A stretch of DNA of 64,000 nucleotides from Chara braunii (taxonomy: Eukaryota; Plantae; Charophyceae), in the NCBI GenBank assembly GCA_003427395.1, contig BFEA01000010.1:3856888-3920887 (forward strand), in the 5' to 3' direction. Both the position numbers and the translations under genes were made by a program. Under the pieces are notes generated by a model. That model was not told the DNA's origin and did not search any database. It saw only the letters and a list, made by a program, of their open reading frames with translations. Shown piece after piece: positions 10,113 through 21,106 of this stretch (its first letter is position 1; the number at the start of each line of letters is the position of its first letter).

Positions 10113-13100
10113 CTCTTCGAGGAATTCTATACTCGTCTCCGCCTCCTCATTCTTTTCTCTCGCCTTTCTCTCTTTCATTTCCTCTCTTCTCTTGGAGCAA
10201 AAAGCTAGCCAACCAGTGGATGAGGCCGTACAGGGTCCTAAAGAGATTGGATGGGGGAGCATACCTTCTATCGCGAGGGCCCGCCCCAAACTTTGTCGAT
10301 GGAGGGGGACCTTTAGAGATGACCTGAAAGGGAAGGGGAAGGAAGCAGTCGACGGGGAAGGAACCATCGCCCACGAGGAGGAAACCTCGAAACAAGGGGC
10401 CTCTTCACGACCACCTAGGAAGGGGGACAAGGTTCGGAAACCTTCCCTACCAAAAACGCCTAGGAGAAAGAAGAGGTCAAGGGACGATGGCAGTGATACA
10501 GACCAATTGAGAAAACGCAGGCTGAGAGAAAGAAGAAGCGCTTCAAGAAAGGCCTTGAGAGCCAAGCGCGACGAGTCGTACATTAGGACAAGGTCACGAG
10601 CCCCTATCGACTTTCGTAGGAACCGCAAATTCTTGTCCCACCTTTCGTTTTTTTTCATCCTCTCCTTCTCGTGTTTCTCCCTACCTCGGTAAGTCCGGCG
10701 TCAAGATTTTCGGCTATTTGTTGTATCCTTGCTTCCAACAACTCCCCGTTATGTTGGTCTTCCACGAGACACTCGTCCATGTGTCGACGTGGAATTCGAT
10801 GAGCAGGCGGCAGTGTCTTCCAAACCAAAAGGTGTAAAGGGGATAGCCAGTGCTCGATTTAATTGTGATATTGTCGGCCCAAACTCCATAACGCAAATAC
10901 TTCGGCCATTGTTCCTCTCGCCCCTTGCACCACTTTGCTAAAGCATCTACCAGCGTTTGGTGACCTCTCTCGACCGGAGCATTGCTTTGGGGGTGGTAGG
11001 CGGTTGTGTAGGCCGCCTTAACCCCTGCCTTTTCCAATATTGCTTTGAGGAATTCGGACCCCTTATCCATGACTATCTTCCCGACACACCCGTATCTTGC
11101 GATGTACTCTAGGAGAAAATCACTCACCTCTTCGGCCGTCTTCTTCTTAATGGCCTTAGCTTCTACGAATCCCGTGGGGTCATCTCGGGCATTAATGATG
11201 TACCGAAGTCCGCCGACTCCCTTGGGCATGGTCACCAAGTCAATATGGACCTTCTCGCTCGGGATAGTGGGGAGTGATGGTACAAGGGGCTCCTTATTGC
11301 GAACTGTTGCCCTTTTTTGGCAAGCTTCACAGGTCGAACAATACTTTTCAACCTCCCCGTACTGCCCTTCCTACCAATAAAGCCGTCGAACTTTATCAAA
11401 CGTCCCTTTTACCCCCCTATGTCTTCCGACGACCTTGTCGTGCAGTTCTTCTATGACAGTCTTCCTTTCCTCCGGATCGCAAAGTACCCTCATGGGGATT
11501 GCAAACTTGGTGGGTCTCTTAAAGAGGTGGCCCCCTCGTAGACAATACCCGAACGCCTCCCTTTTGTCGCGGTACTTCCCGTCATACAGATTTGCGAGGA
11601 ACATCCTTGGGCCTTCGTCTCCCTCTGCGCCGGTTACCGCTAATTGCGCCTTGTTAGCGGCGATTTGGATTATCCCATCCTTGGCCATTGATTGTGTCGC
11701 TTCTTCTAGTCTCGGATAATCCTCCTCTCGGATGGGAAGCCTAGACAAGTCGTCGGCGACCTGGTTTTTGGCCCCGGAGATTCTTTCGACCCTATAATCG
11801 TAGAGCCTAATGTGGATTATCCATCTCGCAATAGTCGGGTCGGTCAGTGAGAAGTCCTTTTGGAGGACAGCGGTCACCGCGGTTGGGTCCACTCTTAGGA
11901 GGAATCGTCTCCCGTAGATGTAGTGCCGAAAGGTCTTTAGGTAGTGCAATACCCCTGACACTTCTTTCTTGAATTGGCTATAGTTTCTCTCAGCGGGGTT
12001 CAATGCCCTACTCTCAAATCGCAGGGGTTTTTCTTTCCTATCTTGGCCCTTTTGTGACCTCCTACAGAACATGGTCCTGCGTCCGTAGAGACTACAAACG
12101 GGCGGTTTTCCTCGTCGTCGAAGTACGAAATGCCTAGGACTTGCCCTCCCTCTCGGAATTCCTCCTTGAGAATCTCCATGGCCGCGGCCTTCTCGGCTCC
12201 CCAGACCCAACCTTCAACTTTCCTAAGCAACTTTCTAAGGGGTTCTCCCTTCTCACTGTAGGACTTTATAAAAATCCTCCAGTAGCCCACCACCCCTAGA
12301 AAGGGTCGCACCTCCGTGATCGATTTTAGCGGTGACGACCTTGTCATTAACTTTCCTAGTTTCTCAGGGTCGGGCCTCCGTCCGTCCTTGTCACATATGA
12401 ACCCTAGTATCTTGATCGATTATACCGCCCAACGATTTTTTGTCCCACTCACGGTGAGGTTCGCATCGTCTAGTTTTAAAAGCACGCTCCCCACATCGGT
12501 CATGTGATCTACCACGAATTTCCTGACCCCCGGAAAGACCTCTGTCTCATCTTTTTCAACCGGCCCCTTGATAGGGAAATCATCCAGGAAGACTTCCACC
12601 TTACCCGGAATGAACTCCGTGAGAACGACTAGCATGCCCCTTTGAAAAACGGTGACGCCGTTGGTCCATCCCATAGGTACCACCATCATTTGCACCAATC
12701 CTAGGGGCGTGTGCATCGCGGTCATATGCCTATCCGTATAATCTAAAGGGATCTCGTCATATCCCGATCGAGTAGATGGATCGACCTGCCGACCCCTCTG
12801 CCAAGAGATCTGCTTCCGGTATTGATCCTACGTCCCTTATAGCAACCTCGTTGGTCTTTCGGAGATCCTGAATCCACCGAAGCTTGTTACTACCCCCTTT
12901 TCTAATGAAAAACCATTTGTTGGAGTAGGCGCTATCGCACGGCTCGGCTACGAAAGTCCGGATGTTTTCTTTTATAAAGGTCACAATTTCCTCCTTTTCC
13001 TTTTGGGCGTACTTCCACGGGGGTCTATCTTTCCACGGAACGTGGGGGACAGTGTGGATTCTCGCGGGTTCGGCATACCGAGGGTCTATCCTTCCCCTTT

Positions 13101-14975
13101 CCGAATCATCGAAGGCTATTGCCTTGTCACAACCCCTCGGGACTGTGGTTATATACCCTTTCTCCTCGGGGGTGAGGTTCATCTTTGCCAACCTATCCGC
13201 CGTCCGCCGTAATTCGTTGCCCCTCTGTTGCCTTCTGCTCTCGAATAACCTCGACTATCTCCTCTTCCGATATCGTGGCTTCCCCTGTCCTGTCCCGACT
13301 GATTGCGGCGGGTTTTTTTTTAACCGCCACAGTTTTATGTTTCCTATCTCCGCCGGCTAGAGGGATTCCCCCAAAAAGGACAGTCTCACGCACCCACCAA
13401 ATTTCTCTCCTTCACCCTCTTTTTCGTATCCGTCTCCATTGATTATTATCCGGTATCCAATCTCCTCAAATTCTCCTCGACCATTCGGAGGCTCCACCTC
13501 GAAAAAGGGTGACTCTTCTAGGCGAACCTGACACACCCGTGACTGGACTCCTTCCCTCCTTGGAACACTGGTGCGGTTCCGCTCATCCTGGGCATCCACC
13601 GTCCTTAGGACCACTCGGATTCTCTCCGCCGGCTAGAGGGATTCCCCCAAAAAAGACAATCTCACGCACCCACCAAATTCCTCTCCTTCATCCTCCTTTT
13701 CGTATCCGACTCCATTGATTATTATCCAGTCTCCAATCTCCTCGACTTCTACTCGACTGGAGGCTCCACCTCGAAAAAGGGTGACTCTTCTAGGTGAACC
13801 TAACACACCCGTGCCTTGACTCCTTTCCTCCTTAGAACACTGGTGCGGTTCCGCTCATCCTGGGCATCCACCGTCCTTAGGACCACTCGGATTCCGTCTG
13901 GACTTTGGATCGAGAGGGTCAAGCTTTCGTCCGGAAGGTTGACCGTGGTAGAGTGGACCGCCCTCAGCCATGTCCGGTCAAGGGTTAACTCTGACGAACA
14001 CTCTTTTACCGAGAAAATTGGAACGGTAGTCTCTGCTCCTGCGACCTCAATCACGGGGTTGTGGCAGACCCCTTCCGCCGGTTGGAGCTTGTTATCTGCT
14101 ACCACCATTGACATGGCGACTCTCCTATCCACTTCCAGACCCAGCTCCTTCGCAATGGAATCTCGNCACACCGTCGNTTCGGATCCATTATCCACTACCA
14201 CCATTGACATGGCGACTCCCCTATCCACTTCCAGACCCAGCTCCTTTGCAATGGAATCTCGANACACCGTCGATTCGGATCCATTATCTACTAAGGCTCT
14301 CATCTTCTTCCCACTCACCACGGTTTGGAGCTGGCCGCTTCCTAGTACATATAATTTCTTGGTCTCTTCTTCCGAGAAGAAATTTGCCGGCATCTCTTGC
14401 ATGGTAATTCGAGAGGCTTGCACTTCCTCCTTAGCGGGTCCTTCCCCTGGAACGGTCGGCCCTCCGACAAGCGGAATCCTCACTTTTTTAGTGATGCTCA
14501 AGAGTTCGTCCTTGGCGTTTTTGCTCGCCTCTAAGTACTCCAGAAGGGTATATTGCATTGGCTGCATTAGAGTCCTCCGCAGGGGCGCAACCGTGTCTAT
14601 CTCGTCCAAGGTGCACTTCATTTCGAACTTCTTTGGTCCTCTCTTCCTTGACGATTTTGGTGACGTAGGCTCGTCCCCCTTTTTTTCTTCCGTGGCTTTC
14701 GCGTCGACCATCGATTGGTCATCGTCCCCATTTCTTTTCCCCCCATCCACTGCTGTGACTTCCTTGCCTTTGGACGGCCCGACCCCTACTTGGGTCCTCA
14801 CTCTTAGGCACGTTTTCTCTTCTTCAGACTTGCTCTCTACGAACTTGATGCTAGAGACTTGCGGCTCCCTTATGGACACACCACCCGACGATTCCGTAAT
14901 TTGAGCTGGCAGTCCCGTCGACCTCAAGCTTCTTCCCCAGGCTTGTCTCTCGTAGGGCAATCCTGTTGTCCACAT
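10092..14975 (-). pseudogene. Element B pol (protease, RT, RNase H, integrase), decayed
   Basis: Protease ALVDNGSEST; RT LRWIQDL, PMGWTN, VFLDDFPIKG; RH STDA..RFESR..ERNYSQ..NQVADDLSR; INT CEACQK, IVMDKGSEF, TTAYHPQSNAPVERGH; the GPY-like KLANQWMRPYRV segment is inverted. Confidence 0.92.
13348..13893. repeat. ~274-bp tandem duplication between protease and RT of element B
   Basis: ctccgccggctagagggattccccc...ccttaggaccactcggatt occurs twice. Confidence 0.85.
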
Positions 14976-15049
14976 TTATCTTCATCGAGGGGTAGAAGGA
15001 GACCGCCTCTCCATCATCTCCCCACACGACCCACTCATTCAACTTCACC

Positions 15050-16819
15050 ACCCCTAACCTTTAGGGCTTTCGCGAGGTGAGGGCACTCCCGCTTGATGTG
15101 ACCATCTTCATTGCAATAGACACACCTGCTCCGAGGCTGCGGATTGTTAGGGCGAGGCCACACTTGAGGCGCTGTCCCTATAGTCGTCGAAGGACTGGGT
15201 GGCTGCGAAGCCCTAGCCTGCCGAGCCCCCGCGGCCTTGGGTTGGGGAGTGTCTCCCCGCCTTCCATCTCTAGCGTCCTTCCAATGGGAGTTCCCCCAAT
15301 CAGAGCCCCAATTTCCTCAAATTTCCCGACCATTTCTCCAACTCCCCTGGTTTCCTGTTGGTCCCCCTCCCCGATATGGGCCGGGGGGTCCAGGCGGTGG
15401 CCTATCGTTTTCACGAGGACCGTCGTTCCTTTGAGTGCGTATACTTCGGAGAGCCATATCAAGGCTTTCCTTCATGTATTCCTGGACGTCTACTCCCCGT
15501 CCTGTAAAGACCACCTCGGCGACCTTCTCAAAATTCGCCGAGTCCCTGGGCGCCTTCTCGAGGACTTCTTTCCTTTTTTCCTCGGGTAGATGTAACATGA
15601 ACATGACACACCTATCTACTTCCGATAGCATCCCCCTATCCACCAAGGCTTGGGATAAGCACTTGAACCTTCTAGTGAAGGCCACCAAGCTCTCCCTTTC
15701 CCCCCTTGATACTCGGCGTAGCCCTTCTATCGTCGGAATCAAGTCATCGCAAGCGAAGGTCCGCAAAAGGCTACTCTTGAAGGTCTTCCACCTTCCATCT
15801 ATCGGGTATATTGCCCTAATCACCTGATCCAGTTTGGGATCCGAGTGTTGTATAAAGTGGTCGATCCACTCCTTTGCTGATAACTTCTTTCGGAATGCAT
15901 AACTTTCTCATTTTTCGACGAACCCCGTCACATCTCGCCCATTAAAGTAGAGTGCCCCGAGGGCCAGGTGGACGTCGTAGTAGGGGACTCGCTGATCGTC
16001 ATATCGACGAAAGTAGGAGCCTTCCGCCGGCCCGTCTATTACCGGGTCATAGGGCTTGTAGCAAGCGGGGTCTAATTCCTCCATTCGCGGTCGAGCCCCC
16101 GGAGGCCCCTAGGGTTCCTCCTCGCGGTGGCCTTTATCATTTGGCTCTTCACGTTCCCAAGGTGCGAGTCCTCGGCCCCTACACCCCTTCCAGGTGTCTC
16201 TGAACCCCCCCACATTTCTCCCCATTGCTTCCTCCGTCATCCATGTAGGGTCTGTTTCTCGCCCGCGCCACCTTCGCGGTCCTCCGCTAGTCTCTCTCCG
16301 TTGCTCTTCTCCCAATTCTCTCCTTCTTAGGCTCCCCTCTTCATCCCTCCTAGGTGCCCAGCATCCGAGCCTGTCACGCGGGAATTCTTGCCCTTCTCCG
16401 ACTCTTTCTTCCGTGTCCTCTTGGTCTGCCCATCGGGTCTCGACAAGGAAGCTCTTTGAGGCCTCTGCCGTCCTTTCTCTCACTGATATTCGCGGCTCCA
16501 CTTCTCGGTGCAAGCGTTCATCGGTACTCGCTCGCTGCCCTGCAACTCTTTCTTCGAGAGATGTCTCCAGGCTCAGTCTCGCTCGCTGCCCTGCAACTCT
16601 TTCTCCGAGAGATGTCTTCGGGCTCCTTATGGCCCTACCCATTGGTTCCATCCGTTCGGTCGCTTCCTCGGTTGGCTTACTTAGCCTTGCTCCCAATTCG
16701 GTATCTTTCTCAGTTTGGTGGTCGGGCGAGTCCGGGATCCTGCAGAGGGTCAGGATCCTATACAATTCCGTCCTCACCTTCTCCAGACCTACCAGTTCTC
16801 CGTTGTTAGGCTCGTTCAT
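15050..16819 (-). pseudogene. Element B gag (frameshifted)
   Basis: ATG at 16819; capsid-like YFNGRDVTGFVEK*ESYA near 15900-15950; ORF 15317..15823; CCHC knuckle CVYCNEDGHIKREC near 15085-15126. Confidence 0.85.
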
Positions 16820-16832
16820 GCCTCAAGTTCCT

Positions 16833-17545
16833 TCACCGACATGCAATAGCGACCCGAATGAGATCCGAGGGGTCCAGCCCTTCCAAGCCTGCCTCGCAGA
16901 TCTCGCGTAAGTACCTCCATGAGATGATCGACACCTTCACGTTTCGACCCCAACTTTCAAAGGCGTACCCCAAGTCCTCTAACGACAACCAATCGTCCTG
17001 GTGCGGGTTTCGAAAGCACCACAACAAGAGGGCGTGAAAATTCGACTCGGTGAACTGAAATTGATTCAAGATTGAGACTCTACGTTCCATCGCTCTTTTG
17101 ACCATCTCGGAGGGGTAGACCCTCTCGAGGATGAAGCGGGGTACTCCCACCGGCTCGCTGGTGACAAATTGAGGCACCTCCTCCCAGCCTGCGTACATTA
17201 CTTGATATACCCTATGGTACCCTTCTTGAGGCCTTCCTTCCTCGACTATTCTCTCTAAACGGTCTCTAACGGATTGCGGTCTTCCCCCAACTTCAAACTT
17301 TGGATCACCTCGAGGAACCCCTCCTTCGAAAGGAAGATTTTAGCTTCCCCGATCACTAAGCCTCTTTCGTTACGTACCGATAGTCGGACGAACGCCTTTC
17401 CCCGATGGATCTCGGCCACTTCCTTTTGAATGGTTCGTGTCGGGGCTTCCAAACTTGCCTTTGGTTATGTGATATGAAAACCCTCTCCTATTTCTTCTTT
17501 GGGCTCCACCGAGGCCCAAAAGGTTCCGGGAGCCCTCCTTATCAT
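16833..17545 (-). pseudogene. Accessory ORF Y4 (~237 codons, unknown function, paralogue of Y1-Y3)
   Basis: ATG overlaps the Y3 stop (TGATG); in-frame TAA at 17465-17467 and a frameshift near 17280; motifs RGKAFVRL, GEAKIFLSKE, EEVPQ..VPRF, FHALLLWCFRNP. Confidence 0.7.
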
Positions 17546-18279
17546 CACCCCATCTGAGGCTCGTACCCCCTCCGGTTAGTCACTTGCTCCTCCCCGAAGA
17601 GGTGGGCGTATGGGACGTCAGCAACATGAGCTCTTACTCCCTTGAATTCCCTCAATTTCTCGAATATAGGCGCTAAATCTTTCCTTGGGGGAGCTCCAGC
17701 ATCGACACATCGAGTGTAGAGCCAAAATAGCCCTCGCGTCCGAACCCCGGATTGTTGCGCGACCCGGAGTAACTCTACCACTCCCCTCTCAGGGTCCCGC
17801 ATGAGCAATCGTACCAAGAAACCGGGTAAAATCGCGTGGAGAACCTTGGAAGCTCGAGGAACTTCGCCTGGCTCGGCGAAGGACACCTGCGTCCACGATT
17901 TGAAGGTTCCCTCCTCGTATCCGCTTAGTACCAGATCGTCTGCTACCTTCCTTGCGGACTCGCGATATTCCGTGTGAGTCTTCAAACCGGTCACTAAACC
18001 CTTCCAGACCTCGGTCCACGAGTCCTCATCAAGGAAGACTGTAGCCTGAACTTTGAGGAACCGACCAAGGTGCGACGGACCCCCTCTTTGTACCCTTTCC
18101 TTCCAGGTGAGTCGTCGAGCTCTAACCCACACGTAAGCGTCTCCTTTAATAAGTTCTCCTTTCTCAATGCTTATCCAATAAGGCGTTACCCGAGGATCTC
18201 CAGGAATCAAGACTTGGCTCCCTTCACTCACCTCTAGCGCTTCCAATACCTCGCTGTTACTAAGGGCAAACTTAACCAT
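17545..18279 (-). CDS. Accessory ORF Y3, intact 244-aa protein of unknown function
   Basis: Uninterrupted ATG-TGA ORF; motifs KGDAYVWVRAR, KVQATVFLDED, EVPRA..LPGF, LFWLYTRCVDAGAPPR are shared with its neighbours. Confidence 0.8.
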   Translation of the reverse strand: MVKFALSNSEVLEALEVSEGSQVLIPGDPRVTPYWISIEKGELIKGDAYVWVRARRLTWKERVQRGGPSHLGRFLKVQATVFLDEDSWTEVWKGLVTGLKTHTEYRESARKVADDLVLSGYEEGTFKSWTQVSFAEPGEVPRASKVLHAILPGFLVRLLMRDPERGVVELLRVAQQSGVRTRGLFWLYTRCVDAGAPPRKDLAPIFEKLREFKGVRAHVADVPYAHLFGEEQVTNRRGYEPQMG

Positions 18280-18282
18280 CTA

Positions 18283-19047
18283 CTACGGTCGTCCGAACAC
18301 CCACTCGCAATAGGCCTTCGGTGAGAGGCAGATAGATTTCTCCAGCGACCCGAGCCGCCTATAAATGCCCCAGAGTTTCCCTCGACGAGGGGCCCCGCGG
18401 TCGACACAGTAGGTATAGAGCAACCACAGGGTTCCAAGGGGCAGGCCGAAACGCCTCCCTCTTTCTAGGAGCCCGACTATCTTGTTCTCGTTAGTCCCGG
18501 AAAACACAAAGTGTGGAACCCTTATGGTCACCGGATAACTTGCCCTTGGAAGCTTATTCCCCCGAGCGAATCTTTCCGCCTCTATTGCCACAAAGCCAAA
18601 CTCCATCCGGGTGCTAACTATCCACCTTTTCTGCACCTCTCTCACTTCTTGGAGTAATAGACCCAGCCCACCCCCTTGGCCTAAGACCAGGGGTACTATG
18701 ATCTTGGCCCAAGCGGCTGGTTCGATGAAGATTATCGCGGTGGCTTTGAGGTGTGTTTCAGTCGCTTTCTTCCTTACCCCCTTGGCCTAAGACCAGGGGT
18801 ACTATGATCTTGGCCCAAGCGGATGGTTCGATGAAGATTATCGCGGTGACTTTGAGGTGTGTCTCAGTCGCTTTCTTCCTTACTTCCTTAGACTCTACCC
18901 ACACGAAATTCCCCCAGCAGTGATTTCTCCTCCCTCCAATTTCCTCCAATGGGGAACCTCCCCGTTACTGGGAACCCAGCTACGAATTCCCCGCTTGTCT
19001 AAGGGGGATTTGACAAAATGACTGAGGTCCCCGTTAAAAAGGACCAT
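18283..19047 (-). pseudogene. Accessory ORF Y2 (paralogue of Y3), disrupted by a frameshift and a ~106-bp tandem duplication (18671-18883)
   Basis: MVLFNGDL..VPHWRKLEGGEI / FVWVESK..KVTAIIFIEPSAW / LPRA..VPHFVF..LWLLYTYCVDRGAPRR. Confidence 0.78.
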
Positions 19048-19733
19048 TCATCTAAAATAGTTTTTGGCGAATCCCAAACACCCTTCGGAGATCCTCTCGC
19101 GAATCCGGTCGGCTCTAGCCCTGTATGGCACTGGGTTATCCACGCAATAGGTGAAGTACCAATGAAGCGACCGAAAGGACAATCCTCTCTCTTTCTCTCG
19201 CTTTATACCCTTTACGACCTTCTCGTACCCGGCCCCTTCCCCACACACTCTCCTGAAGACGAAGGACGGGAAGATAGCTTGGACACATCCCGTAGCGCGA
19301 GGGTACTCCTCGTCACGAGCGCAAGTCACTCGTAAGTGGATCGACAGGGCACTTCCTCGAGAAATTGTTTTAGAATAGGCCCTACTCGCACCTCCCAGCG
19401 ATCCGCCCGATACCACCCTAGTGCCCAGTGGGTGATGTATTCCACCGCCTCACGACTCAAGTAGATTGTGCTTTCCGCGCGAACCACTGCTCGTCGGGCC
19501 TTCCCCCCGTTCCTAGGTTTATTCCTGATCCACTGATCCCCCTCCCAAATTCCTACGGCGAAACGCGCTCAGAGAAAAACCCCCTTCTCGAGTTCCACGC
19601 CTCTCTCGCGCCCGGCCAAATATCTCTCAGTACGGTGGTCTAAGGGGACACTAAAGCACTCTCTCTCCTTGTGCAGGTCGGCCTTCTCGATTTGGATTCG
19701 ACCGTCGTCTGTCGCTTCTACAATCCTAACCAT
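19048..19733 (-). pseudogene. Accessory ORF Y1 (paralogue of Y3), one in-frame stop and one frameshift
   Basis: MVRIVEAT..ERGVELEKGVFL*AR..RAESTIYLSRE / EEYPRA..FPSFVF..LHWYFTYCVDNPVPYR; TGA at 19569-19571, frameshift near 19330. Confidence 0.75.
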
Positions 19734-20100
19734 GCCCTCCCTGGCTTTGAACCACCTCCACGATGATCCCTACCAATACCTTCCAACCGTCCAACCCGTC
19801 AAGATATGCTTCCGATATTGTGGGGGCAGGTCGCTCTCCTCGTCGGAAGGTCCGGTAACCCAGCGTATAGAAATACCGGATCCCGTAATTTTTTGAAAGC
19901 TCTCTCTCTAGTTGAGCGTGAACAACAGCCTCTTCCCAACTATCAAGGAAGTCTTCCCCTCAATCCGCCCCTTCTTCTTCATAGAGTGCTATATCAAAAT
20001 CCCTGGTCCACTGATAAAAGTTGTAACACCATACGTCTACACCCCCACGACTACCCACGCTAATGTCTGTCGGCTCAACCTCCAGAACCCCCAGGCTCAT
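19726..20100 (-). pseudogene. Accessory ORF X2 (124 codons, paralogue of X1; one in-frame TGA)
   Basis: MSLGVLEVEPTDISVGSRGGVDVWCYNFYQWTRDFDIALYEEEGAD*GEDFLDSWEEAVVH..YGIRYFYTLGYRTFRRGERPAP..YLDGLDGWKVLVGIIVEVV; TGA at 19960-19962. Confidence 0.82.
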
Positions 20101-20107
20101 AGGCTCC

Positions 20108-20455
20108 TCACTCCCCCACTACTTCCTCTATGATCGTGACCAGCACTGTCCACCCGTCCGAACCGTCGAGATAGACGTTCGGAATTACGGGCGCGGGTCG
20201 CCCGCCCCTAGAGTAGGTCCGGTACCCCAGAGAGTAGAAGTACCTAAACCCGTATGCTCTGAACTCTTCTCTTTCCATGCGAGAGTGTCCGATTGCCTCC
20301 TCCCATCCGCGGAGGAAATCCCCTTGATCATGTCCTTCCTCTACGTAAATGGCAACGTCGAAATCTCCCATCCACAGATGAAAAGTATAACACCACACGT
20401 CGACTCCTTTGTAACCACTCACACTAATCCCTTCCGGAACTGCCCCTAGGTTCAT
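20108..20455 (-). CDS. Accessory ORF X1, intact 115-aa aromatic/acidic protein of unknown function
   Basis: Intact ATG-TGA ORF, colinear over its whole length with X2 (GVDVWCY.F..W..DFD.A.Y.EEG; YG.RYFY.LGYRT..RG.RPAP; YLDG.DGW.VLV.II.EVV). Confidence 0.82.
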   Translation of the reverse strand: MNLGAVPEGISVSGYKGVDVWCYTFHLWMGDFDVAIYVEEGHDQGDFLRGWEEAIGHSRMEREEFRAYGFRYFYSLGYRTYSRGGRPAPVIPNVYLDGSDGWTVLVTIIEEVVGE

Positions 20456-21106
20456 ATGATCATCCTAATCAATAGAAGTCCCTTTTGTTTTCCTCACTTT
20501 TGGTCACTCGAGAGACCACCCCTACCTTGCAAGGAGAAGGTGTTTGTGAGCCCAACAGGATCAAATGGACCAGAGAAGGAACGCCGTCTCACTCGGTTAC
20601 CTTTCTGTCCTCCCCCGCTGAGAGGTCCTCCTAGTTTCAAGTATAGGGACTAGCCACGAACACAGGTTATCCCCGAAGAAGGGTGGCAACCCCCACCTTG
20701 GAGTCGGACCGAAGTCACACACCAGTGCCCGGACCGAAGTCACACACCAGTGCCCTATATCCCCCACCGAACCGACCTTTAGTCCTAAGTTTCCTAAGTT
20801 AGCCTATCCGGCACCACGCCCCTACTCGGCCCACCTCAAGCGTGGAATTACCCGGGTCCCAGGACTTTTATCCACCTATTAATTGATGATCGCTAGCCTA
20901 TCTACTCCCTCCCATTCTCCTCCTTGGATCGTGAACTCTTCTCACTCCGTTCCCTCCTTCCTTTTCGCCACCGCCTGATTCTTTTCTCTCTTGGAATCGG
21001 AGTACCTTATCGGGGTACAAGAAAAAAGGGCGGGGAAGCAGAATTCAGCAAGAGAGTCCCTCAGGTTTGGCCATTTTTAATACGTGCATTCTAATCTTCG
21101 TTTCCT

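Noticed and set aside
13816-14904. 362-aa plus-strand ORF and similar antisense ORFs (16194..16910, 49198..50133)
   Set aside because: Antisense shadows of gag/pol or spans of N gaps, with S/L-rich composition and no independent support.
20101-20110. Shine-Dalgarno-like GAGGAG before the X2 ATG, suggesting prokaryotic or phage origin of the cassette
   Set aside because: Only 3 nt from the ATG, the strand is purine-rich throughout, and it is not consistent at the other junctions.
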